Below are positions 50,749-60,620 of a stretch of 64,000 bases of DNA, one piece after another (position 1 is the first letter of the stretch; each line of letters opens with the position of its first letter). A model generated the notes under the pieces. That model saw only the letters and a program-made list of their open reading frames with translations, was not told the origin of the DNA and ran no database searches. The DNA lies in NCBI GenBank assembly GCA_943787795.1, contig CALSNU010000004.1, positions 672,001 to 736,000 on the forward strand, read 5' to 3'. The DNA comes from an uncultured bacterium (GTDB taxonomy: Bacteria; Planctomycetota; UBA1135; GCA-002686595). A program made the translations under genes and the position numbers.

Positions 50749-51056
50749 GCGGATAGGCGGTCCAAGCTGCGACCTGGCGGAGGATCGGATCGTTGGGGGT
50801 GAAGGGGAACAGTCTTCACGGGCGATGAGCACCCAGGGAAGGGCTGCCAAGAGCCAGCTTGGTCAAGAATTGGGGACGTCTCCTGCATCCGCAAGGGGCT
50901 GAGCGGAAGGAGCCCGGTCGCTCGCCTAGGTACCGTTCCGTGGGGCCACGATGCTCAGCCGGCGCGCGCGGAAGGGGCGTCGGTGAGGGGCGCGGGACTG
51001 GGCCCTGGCCGCAAGTCAGGCGAACCGTAGCTGCGGCTCGGGGCGGGCGGCACGCG
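50749..51056 (-). mobile_element. Diverged IS91-like end, copy 11 (transposase tail + 3' region + oriIS)
   Basis: Encodes ARPEPQLRFA* at 51048-51016 with different codons from copies 2, 3 and 5; ends CGATCCGATCCTCCGCCAGGTCGCAGCTTGGACCGCCTATCCGC. Confidence 0.8.
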
Positions 51057-51306
51057 AGCATCGGTGCGACGCGACGAGATGGCCGTCGGCGAGCCCGGCC
51101 TGAGGACTCGCCGACGTTCAGAGTGCGGTATTGAGGAGCACGGCCAGGTAGCCCGCACTCACGGAGCACTCCAACTCCAGCCCGGAGTCTCTCGCCGGAT
51201 ACCACCGGCATCGCCGAGGTGCCCCCCTCCCGCTCGTGGACGCCCGAGGGAACGGAGTCCGTCCTCGTCCTGCGGTGAACCCGGCGCTTGTCCGGGGTCG
51301 CCTGAC

Positions 51307-51840
51307 TCAACCGAGATCCGACGACCCGCGGACCCAGGCCTCGGCCCGATCACAGGCCGCCCGGATCGTCTCGGCGCGCTGCGCAAACGCCGTATGCATG
51401 CGCGCCGGGTCGGGGACGTAGCCCACCCGGAGGAGGTCGAGCCGATCCGCGTCCCAGCAGGCCATCACCTCCGGGTCGAGGGTCACCAGCCGGCCGCTGT
51501 GGTGGCGGCAGGCCTGCACGACCCGCTCGAAGCCGAGCTCGTCCAGGGGCAGCACCCCGCCCTGCTCCCGGAGCTCCACCGCGAAGTGCGCCGCCCGCGC
51601 CCCGTGCCCCGAGTCCCGCCCCTCGTCCTCCCGACAGGCGTCGTGCAGGAACGCGAAGCAGCGCGCCACCAGCGGGTCCGTCCCCTCCGCCTCGCAGATC
51701 AGCGACGCGTTCAGGTACACCCGCTGCCAGTGCGTGGGCCCGTGGTACCCCTCGGGGTCGAGCACGAACCGCTCCCGGCTCGCATCCAGCAGCGGCTGCA
51801 GCGCGGGATCGGGCGAGCACCAGGAGTCATCGGGGATCAT
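51307..51840 (-). CDS. HD-domain phosphohydrolase
   Basis: HGPTHWQRV, FLHDAC, GHG, CWDADRLDL. Confidence 0.85.
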   Translation of the reverse strand: MIPDDSWCSPDPALQPLLDASRERFVLDPEGYHGPTHWQRVYLNASLICEAEGTDPLVARCFAFLHDACREDEGRDSGHGARAAHFAVELREQGGVLPLDELGFERVVQACRHHSGRLVTLDPEVMACWDADRLDLLRVGYVPDPARMHTAFAQRAETIRAACDRAEAWVRGSSDLG

Positions 51841-51971
51841 GGCGGAGTTGCGCGAGTCACTGCCGTGTCAGCCAGAGCGTGCAGGCGAAGAGCAGATGGA
51901 ACAGCCAGGGCGCACGGCAGAGCCGCGCGCCCGGAACACTGGCCTCCCAGGGAACGGCGACCGACAGAGGC

Positions 51972-52601
51972 TCAGTCGCAGAAGGTGACCTTGCCCGAGG
52001 CGACGTCGTAGACGGCGCCGCGGATGGCGATATCGCCGGCGGTCTCGAGGTCACGCATGACCTCGCTCTGGTCGCGAATGGCCTGGACGGTGAGCTCCAC
52101 ATTCTTCTCGACCACGGCCTGGACGAAGTCGCCGTTGGCCGAGGTGCGGGAGGCGGCGTCGGCGGGTTCAGGGACCGCGTCCACGGCGGGCTGGATCTTG
52201 CCGAGCATGCCGGTGAGGTGGCCGAGCTCCGCGCCATCGCAGGCGCCCTTGACGGCGCCGCAGGCGCTGTGGCCCAGGACCAGCACGAGCTTGGACCCCG
52301 CCAGCTTCGTGGCGAACTCCATGCTGCCGAGGAGGTCCTCGTTCACGAAGTTGCCGGCGATGCGGGCGCTGAAGATGTCGCCGATGCCCTGGTCAAACAC
52401 CATCTCCGCCGGGACGCGGGAGTCGATGCAGGAGAGCACGACCGCGAAGGGGGCCTGGCCCCCGGCCGTGAGCTCCACCTGCTGAAGCAGATCCCGGTCT
52501 TCAGCCGTACGAGCGAGAAAGCGCTTGTTGCCCTCGGCGAGCATGGAGACCGCCGTCTCAGGGGTGATCTGCGCCTGCGTTTCCTTGTTCTGAGTGATCA
52601 T
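51972..52601 (-). CDS. Beta-class carbonic anhydrase
   Basis: GNKRF, SCIDSRVP, RIAGN, GHSACGAV. Confidence 0.95.
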   Translation of the reverse strand: MITQNKETQAQITPETAVSMLAEGNKRFLARTAEDRDLLQQVELTAGGQAPFAVVLSCIDSRVPAEMVFDQGIGDIFSARIAGNFVNEDLLGSMEFATKLAGSKLVLVLGHSACGAVKGACDGAELGHLTGMLGKIQPAVDAVPEPADAASRTSANGDFVQAVVEKNVELTVQAIRDQSEVMRDLETAGDIAIRGAVYDVASGKVTFCD

Positions 52602-52697
52602 GACCAAGAAAATGCCGTGCGCAGCGCGAGCCGTCAACGCTGTCTCGCGGCACCGGTAGGCAGCCGCGATCCCGCCGAGTATCCTCTCGCCCAACAA

Positions 52698-52774
<77 letters not shown>

Positions 52775-52992
52775 CTCCACCGCTCCCCAGCGACGCTCAG
52801 CCCACGCTGAGGGCCTCCGGATGGAGCCGTCGGGGCCGCCCGAGGGACTCGCTCCATGGGCCCGCCCCGTGGGCTCCTGCGCAACCTGTGGGGTTCCCAA
52901 GCGGCGGGGTTCCCCAGCGGCGGGGCTCCCCAGCGGCGGGGCTACCAAACCGAGGCGCTCCCGGCTCGTGAAGCGCCGGAGTGGGCGCCCGC

Positions 52993-53355
52993 CTACTTGC
53001 GCAGGATGCTCTCCATCTTCTTCCCGCGCGCGAGCTCGTCCACGAGCTTGTCCATGTAGCGGACCTTTTGGGTCAGGGGGTTCTCGATCTCCTCGACGCG
53101 ATAGCCGCAGATCAAGCCCTTGATCAGCGAGGCATTGGGATTCAGCTCGGCGTCGTCGAAGAGGGCCTCGAAGGTCGACCCCTTCCTGATGTGGCCGTTG
53201 AGCTTGGCCTTGGTGAAGCCGGTCAGCCACTTGAGGACCTTGAGCAGGTCCGCCTCCGTGCGTCCCTTCGCCTCCACCTTCTCAAGGTAGAGCGGGTAGA
53301 TGGAGGCGAAGGTCATCTTCGCGATGCGTTCGTCGTGGCTGAGTCGGGGGGTCAT
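52993..53355 (-). CDS. DUF2200-family protein
   Basis: MTFASIYPLYLEKVEAKGRT...ICGYRVEEIENPL...RYMDKLVDELARGKKMESILR. Confidence 0.92.
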   Translation of the reverse strand: MTPRLSHDERIAKMTFASIYPLYLEKVEAKGRTEADLLKVLKWLTGFTKAKLNGHIRKGSTFEALFDDAELNPNASLIKGLICGYRVEEIENPLTQKVRYMDKLVDELARGKKMESILRK

Positions 53356-53485
53356 TCGGATCATGCGCCTGGACCGGCGCTCGAGGAGTATGCGAGTAGG
53401 AATGCCGATGGAGGAGCGGGGATGCGCAGAGGGAGGGGCGTCGCGTTGGGGAGCATGGCGCAGCACCGGAGGGCAGAGCCCGGTC

Positions 53486-55204
53486 CTACCTCAGGGTGAC
53501 CTCGCCGCAGGGGACGGTCACCCGGACGGGCTCACCCAGTCCCTCGGCCTCGAGGACGTAGGTCCCGGCCGGGAGCACATCGAACGTGCACCTGCGGCTG
53601 GCGTCAAGCGCCCGGTTCCTCGGCCCCTGGTCCCATCGAAGGACCTCGTCCTGGTCCGCGGCCGACAGGGAGATGGCCGCCCCCTCGGGCAGCCCGGGGG
53701 CGACGACCCGCAGTTCGTGGAGCGTGGGGACCTGGAAGGTGACGGGCGAACTCGACGCGAGCACGTCCACGAGCTGCCAGGCGACCAGGGACTCCTCGAG
53801 CACCGCACCGGTCCGCGACCAGGCAAAGAGCGTCACGCGGTAGCGCCCTGGGGTGAGGCTCTCGATGCTGCCCTCGGTCCGGCTCGGGTCGCCGAACGTG
53901 ACGATGCTCCCGAACCGCGACTCAAGGCTCGGCTCGCCGTTCTGGATCTGGTCGAGGCTCACGGCCCGCGCGGCGAACTCGCCTTCCTCGAAGTCCTGGA
54001 GCCGGACCACGATCGAGCAGGCCGCGCCGAAGGCGACGCTCACCGTCGTCTCGCCGGGCTGAAGCTGGGTCCTGAGCTGTCCGTGATCCCTGTGAGTCGA
54101 CAGGAGGGTGTATCGAGCGTCCGGGTCCGTCGGGTCGAAGAACTCGCCCCGCTCGTCCGGGAACCAGACGCCGAGGGGCCCGTCCGCGGGGAGCGTCCTG
54201 AGACCCCGGACCACCTTCGACTCCCCGCCGCGCGTTCGCTCCAGGGAGAAGCGGACCTTCCCGGGGTCGGCGACGCGCTTCCCCTCGGGGTCCGTCACGG
54301 TGACGCTCAGCCGGCGGTCGTCCGCCGGCCGGCATACCAGCTCCGCCCGTGTGATGGCGTCACCGACGGTGACGATCTCGTACCCAAAGAGCTCCCCGAA
54401 GACGCTCGAAGCCCCGACCGCGTAGAGGCCGGGCTCGAGGTCCATGAAGGCCCAGATCCGATCGTCCGGCCCGCTCTCGACGTACCCGAAGCCGTTCTCC
54501 GTCGGGTCCGCGTTGGCGAGCGCGTCCTCGTCCAACTCCTCGCCGGGCGGCATCGGCAGGAGCCGGGGCCAGGGGCGCCCCTCGCCCTCCAACTCCCAGG
54601 ACACCTGAAGGCCGCTGCGCTCTCGGCCGACCAGGGCGAGCCGAGGATTCGGACCCGGGGCGAGATCCACGATCTCGAACGGGCTCGCCACCGCCGCCTG
54701 GAACGGCTCGTCGAGGTCGGGGTCCTCGAAGAGGCCGGCGTAGCCGCGCAGCTTGTACCTCCCGGGCGTCAGGAGGAGTTCGTCGTCGTCGGAGGACCAG
54801 TCGATCTCCTCGTACCTGATGCTCGCGTCGTACTCCCCCTTCGCGGCGGCCTCCTCGGCCGCGCTGAGGATCCTGCTCACGACGATGACGCCGGAGGGAT
54901 AAGGCTCGCCGTCGGGGCCCTCCAGCGAGACCGGCAGCATCGCCTGGCCCGGGGGAATCGCGGCCGACTCCTCGGGCTCGAAGGCCGTTGGCTCCACGGA
55001 GCCCTGCATCGGCCCGGCGTCCACCCGCTGGCCGTCGCCGGCCGCCTCGACCGCGGCGATCGACTCCCCCGGGCCCCCTTCGGCCCCCACCGCAGGCACA
55101 CCGGCCCGGTCGATCAGAGCGGTGGGAGGGTCGCCCGACAGGGCCGCCCATAGCGCCACTGCGGCGACGGCGAGACAGAGGATGGCGGTGGCAGGCCTGG
55201 CCAT
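53486..55204 (-). CDS. Membrane-anchored protein with repeated beta-sandwich (carboxypeptidase-regulatory-like) modules
   Basis: N-terminal TM; repeated LTPGRY / LEPGLY / LPAGTY motifs. Confidence 0.65.
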   Translation of the reverse strand: MARPATAILCLAVAAVALWAALSGDPPTALIDRAGVPAVGAEGGPGESIAAVEAAGDGQRVDAGPMQGSVEPTAFEPEESAAIPPGQAMLPVSLEGPDGEPYPSGVIVVSRILSAAEEAAAKGEYDASIRYEEIDWSSDDDELLLTPGRYKLRGYAGLFEDPDLDEPFQAAVASPFEIVDLAPGPNPRLALVGRERSGLQVSWELEGEGRPWPRLLPMPPGEELDEDALANADPTENGFGYVESGPDDRIWAFMDLEPGLYAVGASSVFGELFGYEIVTVGDAITRAELVCRPADDRRLSVTVTDPEGKRVADPGKVRFSLERTRGGESKVVRGLRTLPADGPLGVWFPDERGEFFDPTDPDARYTLLSTHRDHGQLRTQLQPGETTVSVAFGAACSIVVRLQDFEEGEFAARAVSLDQIQNGEPSLESRFGSIVTFGDPSRTEGSIESLTPGRYRVTLFAWSRTGAVLEESLVAWQLVDVLASSSPVTFQVPTLHELRVVAPGLPEGAAISLSAADQDEVLRWDQGPRNRALDASRRCTFDVLPAGTYVLEAEGLGEPVRVTVPCGEVTLR

Positions 55205-55346
55205 GGGGTGAATTCTATACGCCGGCGCCCAGGTCACCAGGGATCCTCGCCCGAGCCCCTCCCGGCTTCGTCGAGGGAGCTGAATCGGGCCAAGTGGCCC
55301 CCTGAGCTTGGAATCCAGGCGCCTCGGACCGGATAGGATAGGGGCG

Positions 55347-55778
55347 ATGTTCTCCTCGCTCCTGTCCTGGACCGCCGTCGGCCTGGCCGCGCTCGTCGCC
55401 GTCCTGGTCGCGGTGCGGCACCACGAGGAGAGCTCCCGACGCGCGCTCCTCGCCGCGCTCGCCGTGCCCGTCGGCGCATCGGCGCTCTTCTTCACCCTCG
55501 CGCTCCACATGCACCGGAGCCTGGGCGGCTGGCCGGAGACCATCGGCAACCGCGGCTTCCCCGAGGGCCTGCTCCAGCACGAGAGCGCGGCCTTCACCGC
55601 CTTCGGCATCCTCCTCGTCGGGCTGCTCCTCTCCCCCCTGGCGCTCCTCCTCTGCGCGGCCGCGCCGAGGCTGCGCGGTGGCCTCTCCCCCATCGCGACC
55701 TACGCGACCGCCAGCATCGCCGCCCTGTTGCTCACGAACCTGGCGCCCGATCCGTTCCTCTACTGGTGGTGGGATTGA
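55347..55778 (+). CDS. Small membrane protein
   Basis: 4 hydrophobic segments; ends FLYWWWD. Confidence 0.65.
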   Translation: MFSSLLSWTAVGLAALVAVLVAVRHHEESSRRALLAALAVPVGASALFFTLALHMHRSLGGWPETIGNRGFPEGLLQHESAAFTAFGILLVGLLLSPLALLLCAAAPRLRGGLSPIATYATASIAALLLTNLAPDPFLYWWWD

Positions 55779-55830
55779 CCCCATCGCGCCACCGCGCGCG
55801 ATCTTCCCGCCGAGCCTGCCCCTCCTCAAC

Positions 55831-56271
55831 ATGCTGAACCTCCTCAGACGATTCGTCGGCAACACCCCCGCCGTCCCCGCCGTCCTCGTCGGCCTGGGGG
55901 TCGGCATGGCCGTCAACATGGCGTTGATCCAGCTCAACTCCACGGTGCTCTACCCGGCGCCGGAGGGCATGGACATGAACGACCCGGAGCAGCTCCAGGC
56001 CTACATGGACACGCTCCCCGCCGCGGCCTTCCTCGTGGTCATGGCCGCCCACCTGGGCCAGGCCCTGATCGGCGGCTGGCTCGCCGCCTGCCTCGCCGTC
56101 AAGCGGCCGGTCCTCCTCGCCCTCATCGTCGGGGCCTTCACCATGGTCGGGGGGATCATGATGATGACGATGGTCACCGGCCCCGCCTGGATGATGGTCG
56201 AGCTCCCGCTCTACCTCCTCCTCCCCTACCTGGCCGGCCGCAGCGTCGCCCGCTCCCGAGGCGGCACATGA
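55831..56271 (+). CDS. Small membrane protein
   Basis: 4 TM segments; YPAPEGMDMNDPEQLQAYMDTLP loop. Confidence 0.7.
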   Translation: MLNLLRRFVGNTPAVPAVLVGLGVGMAVNMALIQLNSTVLYPAPEGMDMNDPEQLQAYMDTLPAAAFLVVMAAHLGQALIGGWLAACLAVKRPVLLALIVGAFTMVGGIMMMTMVTGPAWMMVELPLYLLLPYLAGRSVARSRGGT

Positions 56272-56366
56272 CGCCCCACCGGCTGCGACTAGTCGCAGCC
56301 ACGCGGCCCCGTGGGGGCCGCGCATCACCCGAACGCCGCGCCCTGCGCAGCGCGAACGGAGGCCGA

Positions 56367-57314
56367 CTACCGATCCCGCGAGCTCGGCGCGTAGCGCCCG
56401 TCGGGCAGGACTCGAGGGACCGCTAAGGTGGGGTCCGTGAGCAGCTCCACCACCGCGGGATCGCGGGCGGCCAGGAGCTCGGGGGTCGGACACTCCCACT
56501 CGTGGGCGATCTCCTCCGCGCGGCCGTGGAAGGCCTGGCCGCCCAGGTGCGAGGTCAGGGCCCAGTAGAGGTACTCGGCCGCCATGCACTCGTAGTCGCA
56601 GGTGCGGTCGTCGTAGTGGTACCAGGCGGCCTCGGGGTAGCGCCGGGGAACGCGGCGAAAGCGGCCGCCACGGGCGAGGTCCATGGCGTCGGTGAGGCGC
56701 GAGCCGGGGCGGTAGCCGAGGGCCTCGGGGTGGGCCTCGACCCAGCCGTTCGAGACCAGGTGCAGGACCTCCTCGAGGGCCGCGTCGAAGCGGCCGGGGC
56801 CCATGACGTGGGGCGGGCCGGCGGGGAAGGTCTCGTCGCCGTAGAGGTCCTGGCCGATGTGGAAGCCGGCCTCCTCGAGCTCCTCGAAGGAGAGGCTCTC
56901 GTGCAGCTCCTCCATCTCGTCCTCGGTGGCGGGCATGACGAGGAAGGCGCCGCCGGCCACCAGCGCCGCGTAGGCCGCCGCGTCATCGGGGAGACCGTCC
57001 TCGTCGTTGTCGATCCACTCGGCGAGGATCGTCCCCGCGTGGGCGACCTTGGCGGCGCCCGTGGTCGGCGTCGCCACGACCAGGACGCCGAAGACGTCCA
57101 GATAGCGGTCGAAGTGGGGCCGGAACACGGAGAGCCGCCCCGACTCCGGGATCTGTCGCGGCGTGAAGTCCGCGGGGGAGCCGTCGAAGAAGCAGGGCGC
57201 CACGGCGGCGCCGGACGGCGCGCCTGGACCTCCGCCCTCGCCGCAGGCCACCGAGATCGCGGCGAGCAGCGAGACAGAGAGCAGGCGAGCGCCAGAGGAG
57301 GTCACCGCCCCCAC
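56367..57314 (-). CDS. Lipoprotein, zincin-like fold (EEVLH variant motif)
   Basis: Lipobox SVA-C; DAALEEVLHLV, CMAAEYLYWAL. Confidence 0.6.
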   Translation of the reverse strand: MGAVTSSGARLLSVSLLAAISVACGEGGGPGAPSGAAVAPCFFDGSPADFTPRQIPESGRLSVFRPHFDRYLDVFGVLVVATPTTGAAKVAHAGTILAEWIDNDEDGLPDDAAAYAALVAGGAFLVMPATEDEMEELHESLSFEELEEAGFHIGQDLYGDETFPAGPPHVMGPGRFDAALEEVLHLVSNGWVEAHPEALGYRPGSRLTDAMDLARGGRFRRVPRRYPEAAWYHYDDRTCDYECMAAEYLYWALTSHLGGQAFHGRAEEIAHEWECPTPELLAARDPAVVELLTDPTLAVPRVLPDGRYAPSSRDR

Positions 57315-57317
57315 GCG

Positions 57318-57662
57318 TCAGTCCTCCCAGACACCTAGCTGGGCGCCCCCGCCAACATAGATAGCGAACGTCCCCTCGCCGGGGAGCTCGAGGGCAGGGT
57401 GAATGACCTCTGCGCCCCGGGCCTCGGCGGCGGCGACCGCAGCGCTGGCGTCCGAGACGTTGATGTAAGGCCGGACGACCGGCACCTCGGCCTCGTGCAT
57501 TGGTGCGCGCACCCCGAGGCGCCCTCCCCCCTCGAGCTCGACCGTCCTCGCGCCACCGAGCGCGGCGCAGGGTTCCGAGAAGCTGGCCCCGTGCGCAGCC
57601 TCGAGGGCCCCGCACGTCGCCGCCACGTCCACGGTCACGATTTCCAGATAGCCGATCTTCAT
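57318..57662 (-). CDS. VOC/glyoxalase-family protein
   Basis: MKIGYLEIVTVDV...RPYINVSD...GAEVIHPALELPGEGTFAI. Confidence 0.85.
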   Translation of the reverse strand: MKIGYLEIVTVDVAATCGALEAAHGASFSEPCAALGGARTVELEGGGRLGVRAPMHEAEVPVVRPYINVSDASAAVAAAEARGAEVIHPALELPGEGTFAIYVGGGAQLGVWED

Positions 57663-57849
57663 GGCAGCATCCTCACCGGGCGCTGGGGGCAACGCAATAG
57701 ACGCCGGGAGCGGTTTCCCAAGCACATGACCGTCCTCCAAGAATCCTCCGCCGACCGCGACCCGAAGCAGGGAGTACAGCGCCCAGCCCTGCTAGTCTGC
57801 TCACCCAGGGCTCCAGGGTCCCAAGCCACCACAGCACCGCGCCACCCCC

Positions 57850-59127
57850 ATGACGGCTGACCAACATCCCAGTCCGGAGGACTACGCCCACCAGGCGAAC
57901 CGCCAGGGCATCGAACTCCTGCTCTCCACGGCGAACCGCAGTAGCGGCGACCTCGAGGAGAACCTCCAGAGTGCGTTGGCGCTCGCGACGAACTTCTTTG
58001 GTCTGTCCATCGGCATCGTCAGCCGGGTCACCGGCGACGACTACGTCGTCGAGTGCGTCCATCAACCGGACGGCGTGGGGATCGAGGTCGGCCAGCGGTT
58101 TCCTCTGGGCAACACGTACTGCGCGATCACGCTCCAGGCCAACGACGTGATCGCAATCGAGGACATGCGTTCGTCCGCCTTCAACGAGCACCCCTGCTAC
58201 GAGGCCTTCCGCCTCGAGGCTTACCTCGGCGTTCCGATTCGGTTGGACGGTGAGCTGTATGGCACGCTCAACTTCTCCTCCCCTGACGCGCGGCCGAGGC
58301 GGTGGACCGAGGCCGACCGCGACCTCGTTCGCCTGCTCGCCCTCTGGGTCGAGTCTGCGATCTCTCGGCACCGACTGAATGATCAGCTCGCCACGGTCGT
58401 CCGAAGACAGGAACAGTCCAACCGTGACCTCCGGGAGCGGAACGAGGACCTCGACTTCTACGCGCGCCACGCGAGCCACGATCTCCAGGCCCCTCTCAAG
58501 AACATCCTCGCGCTCATGGAGCTCTTCGAGATCGAGGAGGGCATCCCGCCGCAGGTGTCCGATGACCTCGGCCTCATCCGGGACGAGGTCGACCGGATGC
58601 TCGGGATGATCCAGGGCATCCTCCGCTTCAGCCGCTCCAGCCGGGCCGAGCTTGAGCCCACGTCGGTGGACTTGGGCACCTGCTGCGCAGAGGCGCTCGC
58701 ATCTCTCCGCGAAGAGGTGGAGCGGACCGGCGCGAAGGTCTCGCTTGGCTCGATCCCCGAGGTGGCTGGCGACGCATCGCTGCTGAGCCAGGTCATGCAG
58801 AACCTCATCGGAAACTCGATCAAGTACCAGCCGGCTGGGCAGCAGCCTGAGATCTCGGTCTCCGGCAGGGAGGACGGGGGCATGGTCCTCGTGAACGTGA
58901 CCGACAACGGAATCGGCCTGGATGAGGCGAAGGCTGACATGGTCTTCCGGCCCCTCGGACGGCTGCACCAGAACGACCAGTACGGGGGCAGCGGCCTCGG
59001 GCTCTCGATCTGCAGGAAGATCGTGCGCCGCCACGGCGGCGAGCTGAGCTATCGCTCCACCCCAGGTTCCGGGGCGACCTTCACCGCTTCGCTCCCCGCC
59101 GCCTCACACAGCGCCCCCCGAAGCTGA
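57850..59127 (+). CDS. GAF-domain sensor histidine kinase
   Basis: GAF (EAYLGVPI...GTLNFS); H-box ASHDLQAPL; NLIGNSIKY; DNGIG; GSGLGLSIC. Confidence 0.95.
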   Translation: MTADQHPSPEDYAHQANRQGIELLLSTANRSSGDLEENLQSALALATNFFGLSIGIVSRVTGDDYVVECVHQPDGVGIEVGQRFPLGNTYCAITLQANDVIAIEDMRSSAFNEHPCYEAFRLEAYLGVPIRLDGELYGTLNFSSPDARPRRWTEADRDLVRLLALWVESAISRHRLNDQLATVVRRQEQSNRDLRERNEDLDFYARHASHDLQAPLKNILALMELFEIEEGIPPQVSDDLGLIRDEVDRMLGMIQGILRFSRSSRAELEPTSVDLGTCCAEALASLREEVERTGAKVSLGSIPEVAGDASLLSQVMQNLIGNSIKYQPAGQQPEISVSGREDGGMVLVNVTDNGIGLDEAKADMVFRPLGRLHQNDQYGGSGLGLSICRKIVRRHGGELSYRSTPGSGATFTASLPAASHSAPRS

Positions 59128-59290
59128 CGCGACAGGCCGGAGAGGGCAGAGGAGGCTGACCTCGCGCGCTTCGCTCGAGCGGCGCCCCGGGGCCACAGTC
59201 GAGGCCACAGTCGGGGCCACGTTCGGGGCCCACAAACTCCCGCGGTTCTGTGGCAACGCCGGGTCGCTGTGCGGCGAAGACAGCAGCGTC

Positions 59291-60478
59291 ATGAGCAGCA
59301 GTCATCGAGCCCTGGACGCTCCCACCTATGCGCGCGGTCGCCTCCAGCTTGGCATCGCCGGGGTCGGCACCATGGTCCTCCTCGCGGCCACCTTGGTGGG
59401 CCTCCGCCTGCCCGCCGCGATCTTCCCGGACGCTGGCGGGTCCTTCATCGGGGACCTTCGGGCGTTGCTCGGCTGGTCCGTTGGTCTGGCGCTGGTCACG
59501 CTGCCGGTCGAGGCGTTAGGCGGCTTCTTCGTACCGAGGGCCTTCCGGCGCCGCCACCCGTCCCTTGTGACCTGGATCCTGGGCTGGCTGAGGGGAGCGC
59601 TGGTCGTGGCGGTGCTGATGTCGGCCTGCGGGGCGACGACCCTCGCGGCAGCGCGAGCCGCCGGATCGGGCGCCGCGATCGGTGTGTTCGGGATCCTCCT
59701 GTTCGCGCTCCTGTTCCTCCAGCTCCCGATCGCGCGCGCCGTCGCAGGGCTGCGCGCGAGCCAGGCAGGGCTCGGCGCCATGGAGGAGGAACTGAAGAGC
59801 CTCGGCGCCAAGGCCCCCGCCATCACGGTCCTGGAGGCCGAGGATGAGGGCTTCACGGGGGGTATCGCAGGGCTCCCGGGGCGCGAGACGTGCGTGCTCC
59901 CGGTCGCCTGGGTTGGACGGTTCGAGCCGCGCGCGCTGGCGCTCCTCGTGGACCGCCGGGCCCGCATCGTCAGCGGTGGCCTCCGAGCAGCAGGGGTGGC
60001 CCTGGCCGCCCTGTGGACCCTGGGTACCTTCGCTGCGGCGACCACCCTCCCCGGCGCAGGCCTCGCCTCCGTCGCTGGCTTCGTCGCCACCTCGCTCTGG
60101 TTCAGCCTCTTCTCCTTCGTCGGCCTCCTCGTGCTCCCCACACCGAGCCGAAGGGGCACCCGGGCGGCCGATACCCGAGCGGCCGCGGAGCTCGGAGACG
60201 ACGACCGAGCGCTCTTCGCCGCGACGCTCAGCGCCCTGGATCAGCTGCAGGATGATGAGCCCGAGCGATCGGCATCCGTCGAGAGCATCTTCCACCCGAT
60301 CCCGTCCCTCGGCTCTCGCCAGCGTGCTCTCGGAGAGCCCCCTCGAGGGCTCGCGCCCTGGCACGTTGCGCGCACCGCGATCTACCTCTCCATCGCCGGC
60401 ATGAACCCCCTCCACCGCCTGGTCCACTGCAACGTGGGCCGGCCCGAGCTGTGGGCCTTCCTCCCCTCGGACGGATAG
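59291..60478 (+). CDS. Membrane protein resembling M48 (HtpX/Ste24) peptidases but lacking HExxH
   Basis: TM layout and motifs SRRGTRAADTRAA and SIFHPIPSLGSR. Confidence 0.5.
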   Translation: MSSSHRALDAPTYARGRLQLGIAGVGTMVLLAATLVGLRLPAAIFPDAGGSFIGDLRALLGWSVGLALVTLPVEALGGFFVPRAFRRRHPSLVTWILGWLRGALVVAVLMSACGATTLAAARAAGSGAAIGVFGILLFALLFLQLPIARAVAGLRASQAGLGAMEEELKSLGAKAPAITVLEAEDEGFTGGIAGLPGRETCVLPVAWVGRFEPRALALLVDRRARIVSGGLRAAGVALAALWTLGTFAAATTLPGAGLASVAGFVATSLWFSLFSFVGLLVLPTPSRRGTRAADTRAAAELGDDDRALFAATLSALDQLQDDEPERSASVESIFHPIPSLGSRQRALGEPPRGLAPWHVARTAIYLSIAGMNPLHRLVHCNVGRPELWAFLPSDG

Positions 60479-60566
60479 GGGCCAGCGAGGCTCTCCATCA
60501 CGGACAACGCCCGCGACCTCCCGAGGGAGATCGCGGGCGTCGCCATCTCGGGGCCCGCAGCAGCGG

Positions 60567-60620
60567 GCCGTCGATCAGCAGGCCGTCGATCAGCGCGCCG
60601 TCGATCAGCGCGCCGTCGAG
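60567..60620. repeat. 15-bp tandem repeat (GCCGTCGATCAGCGC) about x3.5
   Basis: Directly visible; overlaps the stop codon of the next gene. Confidence 0.75.

Noticed and set aside
22025..51056. CRISPR array or classical integron
   Set aside because: Spacing is irregular and kb-scale, both orientations occur, and there is no cas or intI gene. The hairpins lack attC RYYYAAC/GTTRRRY boxes and are physically tied to IS91 transposase tails.
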